Of a DNA stretch of 64,000 bases, positions 62,095 to 64,000 are shown piece after piece. The notes beneath the pieces are model-generated. The model had not been told where the DNA came from. It ran no database searches and saw nothing but the letters and a program-made list of their open reading frames with translations. Origin of the DNA: Azolla caroliniana (lineage: Eukaryota > Plantae > Polypodiophyta); contig JBHGNT010000021.1 of NCBI GenBank assembly GCA_043228905.1, positions 10,416,001 to 10,480,000 on the forward strand, read 5' to 3'. The position numbers and the translations under genes are program-made. Position 1 is the stretch's first letter, and each line of letters opens with the position of its first letter.

Positions 62095-63985
62095 ATATTA
62101 ACGTCTTCTAAGGCCAAAATTGGCCCATGAGACAAATGGTTTACAACAAAAAATGGGATATTTACCCATTCATCAAAAGTAAAAAATAAAAATAAAAATA
62201 AGATAAAAAATAGAGTTTTAAGCTAAATACTTCTGGTAAAATAACAAGCATTTTCTATATAAAAAAACATGTTCTACAATAAAAAGATGTTATACTAGGC
62301 CTAATTTCATTTCCATCCAAGTCTCTCGAAGAGAAGTGGGAGGTCAAAGGGCTTCGATGTGGATGTGGGCCGTGGTCCCAATGTAAAAGGTAACCCAACC
62401 ATAGCGTCTAGTCGACGTAGCTCAATTCCCTTATCTTCTTAATCTTTTCTACTTCGTGTCGACTTGTTTTGAAGCCCAACATCCGAGGGCGTTTGGTTGT
62501 TCTTTGCATTCCGGTTTCCTCAAGAGAGAGGCCGAGCAGTGTAAGTGTATCCACATTCATCATCTCCCCTTGTTCCTAAAAAATTACACTAATTACAAGT
62601 TGATGAATAGTAAAAGGGTTATGGTTAACACTTTGTTATTTATTCTCCCTATGTTGTTTTAGCTCTAAGATATACCTACCTAGTCTCTTTACATCCGGGG
62701 TATCTAATAGTTTGGAGAGGGTGGGAGAGGGTCCTAATATGTCTTGGTATTCTGCCCGTATCTCGGTAGAAGTTGGGCACTTGCATGTGAAGTGATACTC
62801 ATCCTCTATCTCTATGTGGCATAACCTACATAGCCTTTCCTCTCTACGGACTCTATTAGCCTGACCATTCTCAATCTCAAGTTGGTGAGATGATATCCTA
62901 ATTTGTCCAATGGCCACCCTTAGTGCATTTGATAAGAATATATCTAGATATCTTGGTCGTGTAGTAAAACCTAACCGAGAGAAATGCAAGAAGTGTTCCT
63001 TATAGTACAACATTTTAGATGGGAGTGGTTCTCGTGGGGTGATCCATTTATATCGAGTGTAAATTTGTCATATTTCTTGGCGTATCACTTTATTACGGTC
63101 TTCATGAGATATTAGAGTTTGATCAGTCCCATGGTTGTACTTAAGGGGAGGTAAGTTATTAATGTCTATGCCGTTTGCAAGTAACCAACTCACCACAATG
63201 CTATACCAAAAGCTAGTGTCTCTAGACGCATGTAGGGATCGGGATGCCTCAAAGGCTAGACGGGATATCCTATCTTGTGGTTGGCCATGTATCCAATGAA
63301 TAAAAACTACCACTTGAAAAAGTGCTTCTACTAACATCGGGGGCAGACTAAACTCTGCTCTAATAATGTCATGTGGTACTGTCGATTTGCTTCGGAGTTG
63401 ACGTGATAACATCGTCACCAAAGGTCTCTCTAATTGTGTTCACATGAAAGATGGTAGACTTGGAGTCCATGCTATTGATGCATACATGAGGGAAGGGGTC
63501 ACTAATGAGTCGAAGAGCCATCCCTTAGTCCGTGGCTCTTGAAATTATGCTCGGTGGCATTGTCTCTCTAAGAGTGAGAGGGATGCATACCCTCTCATTA
63601 GCCTATCTTTGGCTTCTTGGGTCATCGAGAATTTACCTAAGCAAGCACTAAAAGTGACTCCCAAGTATACATATGATCCAACTACCTCAACTAGTTTATG
63701 AGAGAGGATTAGGTGACATTTACTCCTAAGAGTCCTCGTTGTGTACAAAAGTGATCTAGGGCATTAAGATGCTTTTGTAGGTCGTGTTCAGACTCCAAGA
63801 GCAAGACAATGTCATATGAGTAGAGTAAGAGACTAACTTGCATATCCCCAATAACTACACCATTGCCTCCCTTCTGAGCAATAAAATCAGTGACCTCATC
63901 AATGTAGATTCCAAAAAGAGTCGGTGATAGGGGGCAACCCTGTTTTACACCAATGGTGCTAGTGAAACAACGAGCCTTCATCTAG
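62095..63985 (-). mobile_element. Non-LTR retrotransposon ORF2 fragment, RTEX-like
   Basis: RT motifs GVKQGCPLSPTLFGIYID, degenerate YADD (LYSYDIVL) and YVYLGVTF. C-terminal RISSHQLEIENG...REERLCRLC..EIEDEYHF..KCP motif. Frameshifted. Confidence 0.75.
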
Positions 63986-64000
63986 TCAATTAAGCACCTA

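Overview
Repeat-dense eukaryotic window, most likely from a non-seed land plant such as a fern, lycophyte or bryophyte. That assignment is inferred from the plant tRNA-type PBSs, the Tcn1-like gag, the RTEX-like LINE and the RPC11 sequence type. Most of the window is nested retroelements: Ty3/Gypsy, Ty1/Copia, and L1- and RTEX-like LINEs. The only intact host gene is a 3-exon RNA polymerase III subunit C11 (RPC11/RPC10) at 55386-55899 (-). The main discovery is a ~24.3-kb DNA transposon at 23907-48185, with 35-bp TIRs (consensus AACACGTTTGCGTTCACAAGTGGAAGGATTGCGCA) and a 4-bp TSD (CTTG). It carries a decayed, intron-containing Sola2-type DDD transposase (-) and a convergent coiled-coil + RING-H2 accessory gene (+). 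It also carries a probable captured URB2/Npa2 host exon, minisatellite introns and a palindrome-array subterminal region. A 3.2-kb non-autonomous derivative with the same TIRs and its own 4-bp TSD (TCAA) sits at 3260-6443 inside a Copia pol. Family assignments come from motif recognition only; no searches were run.
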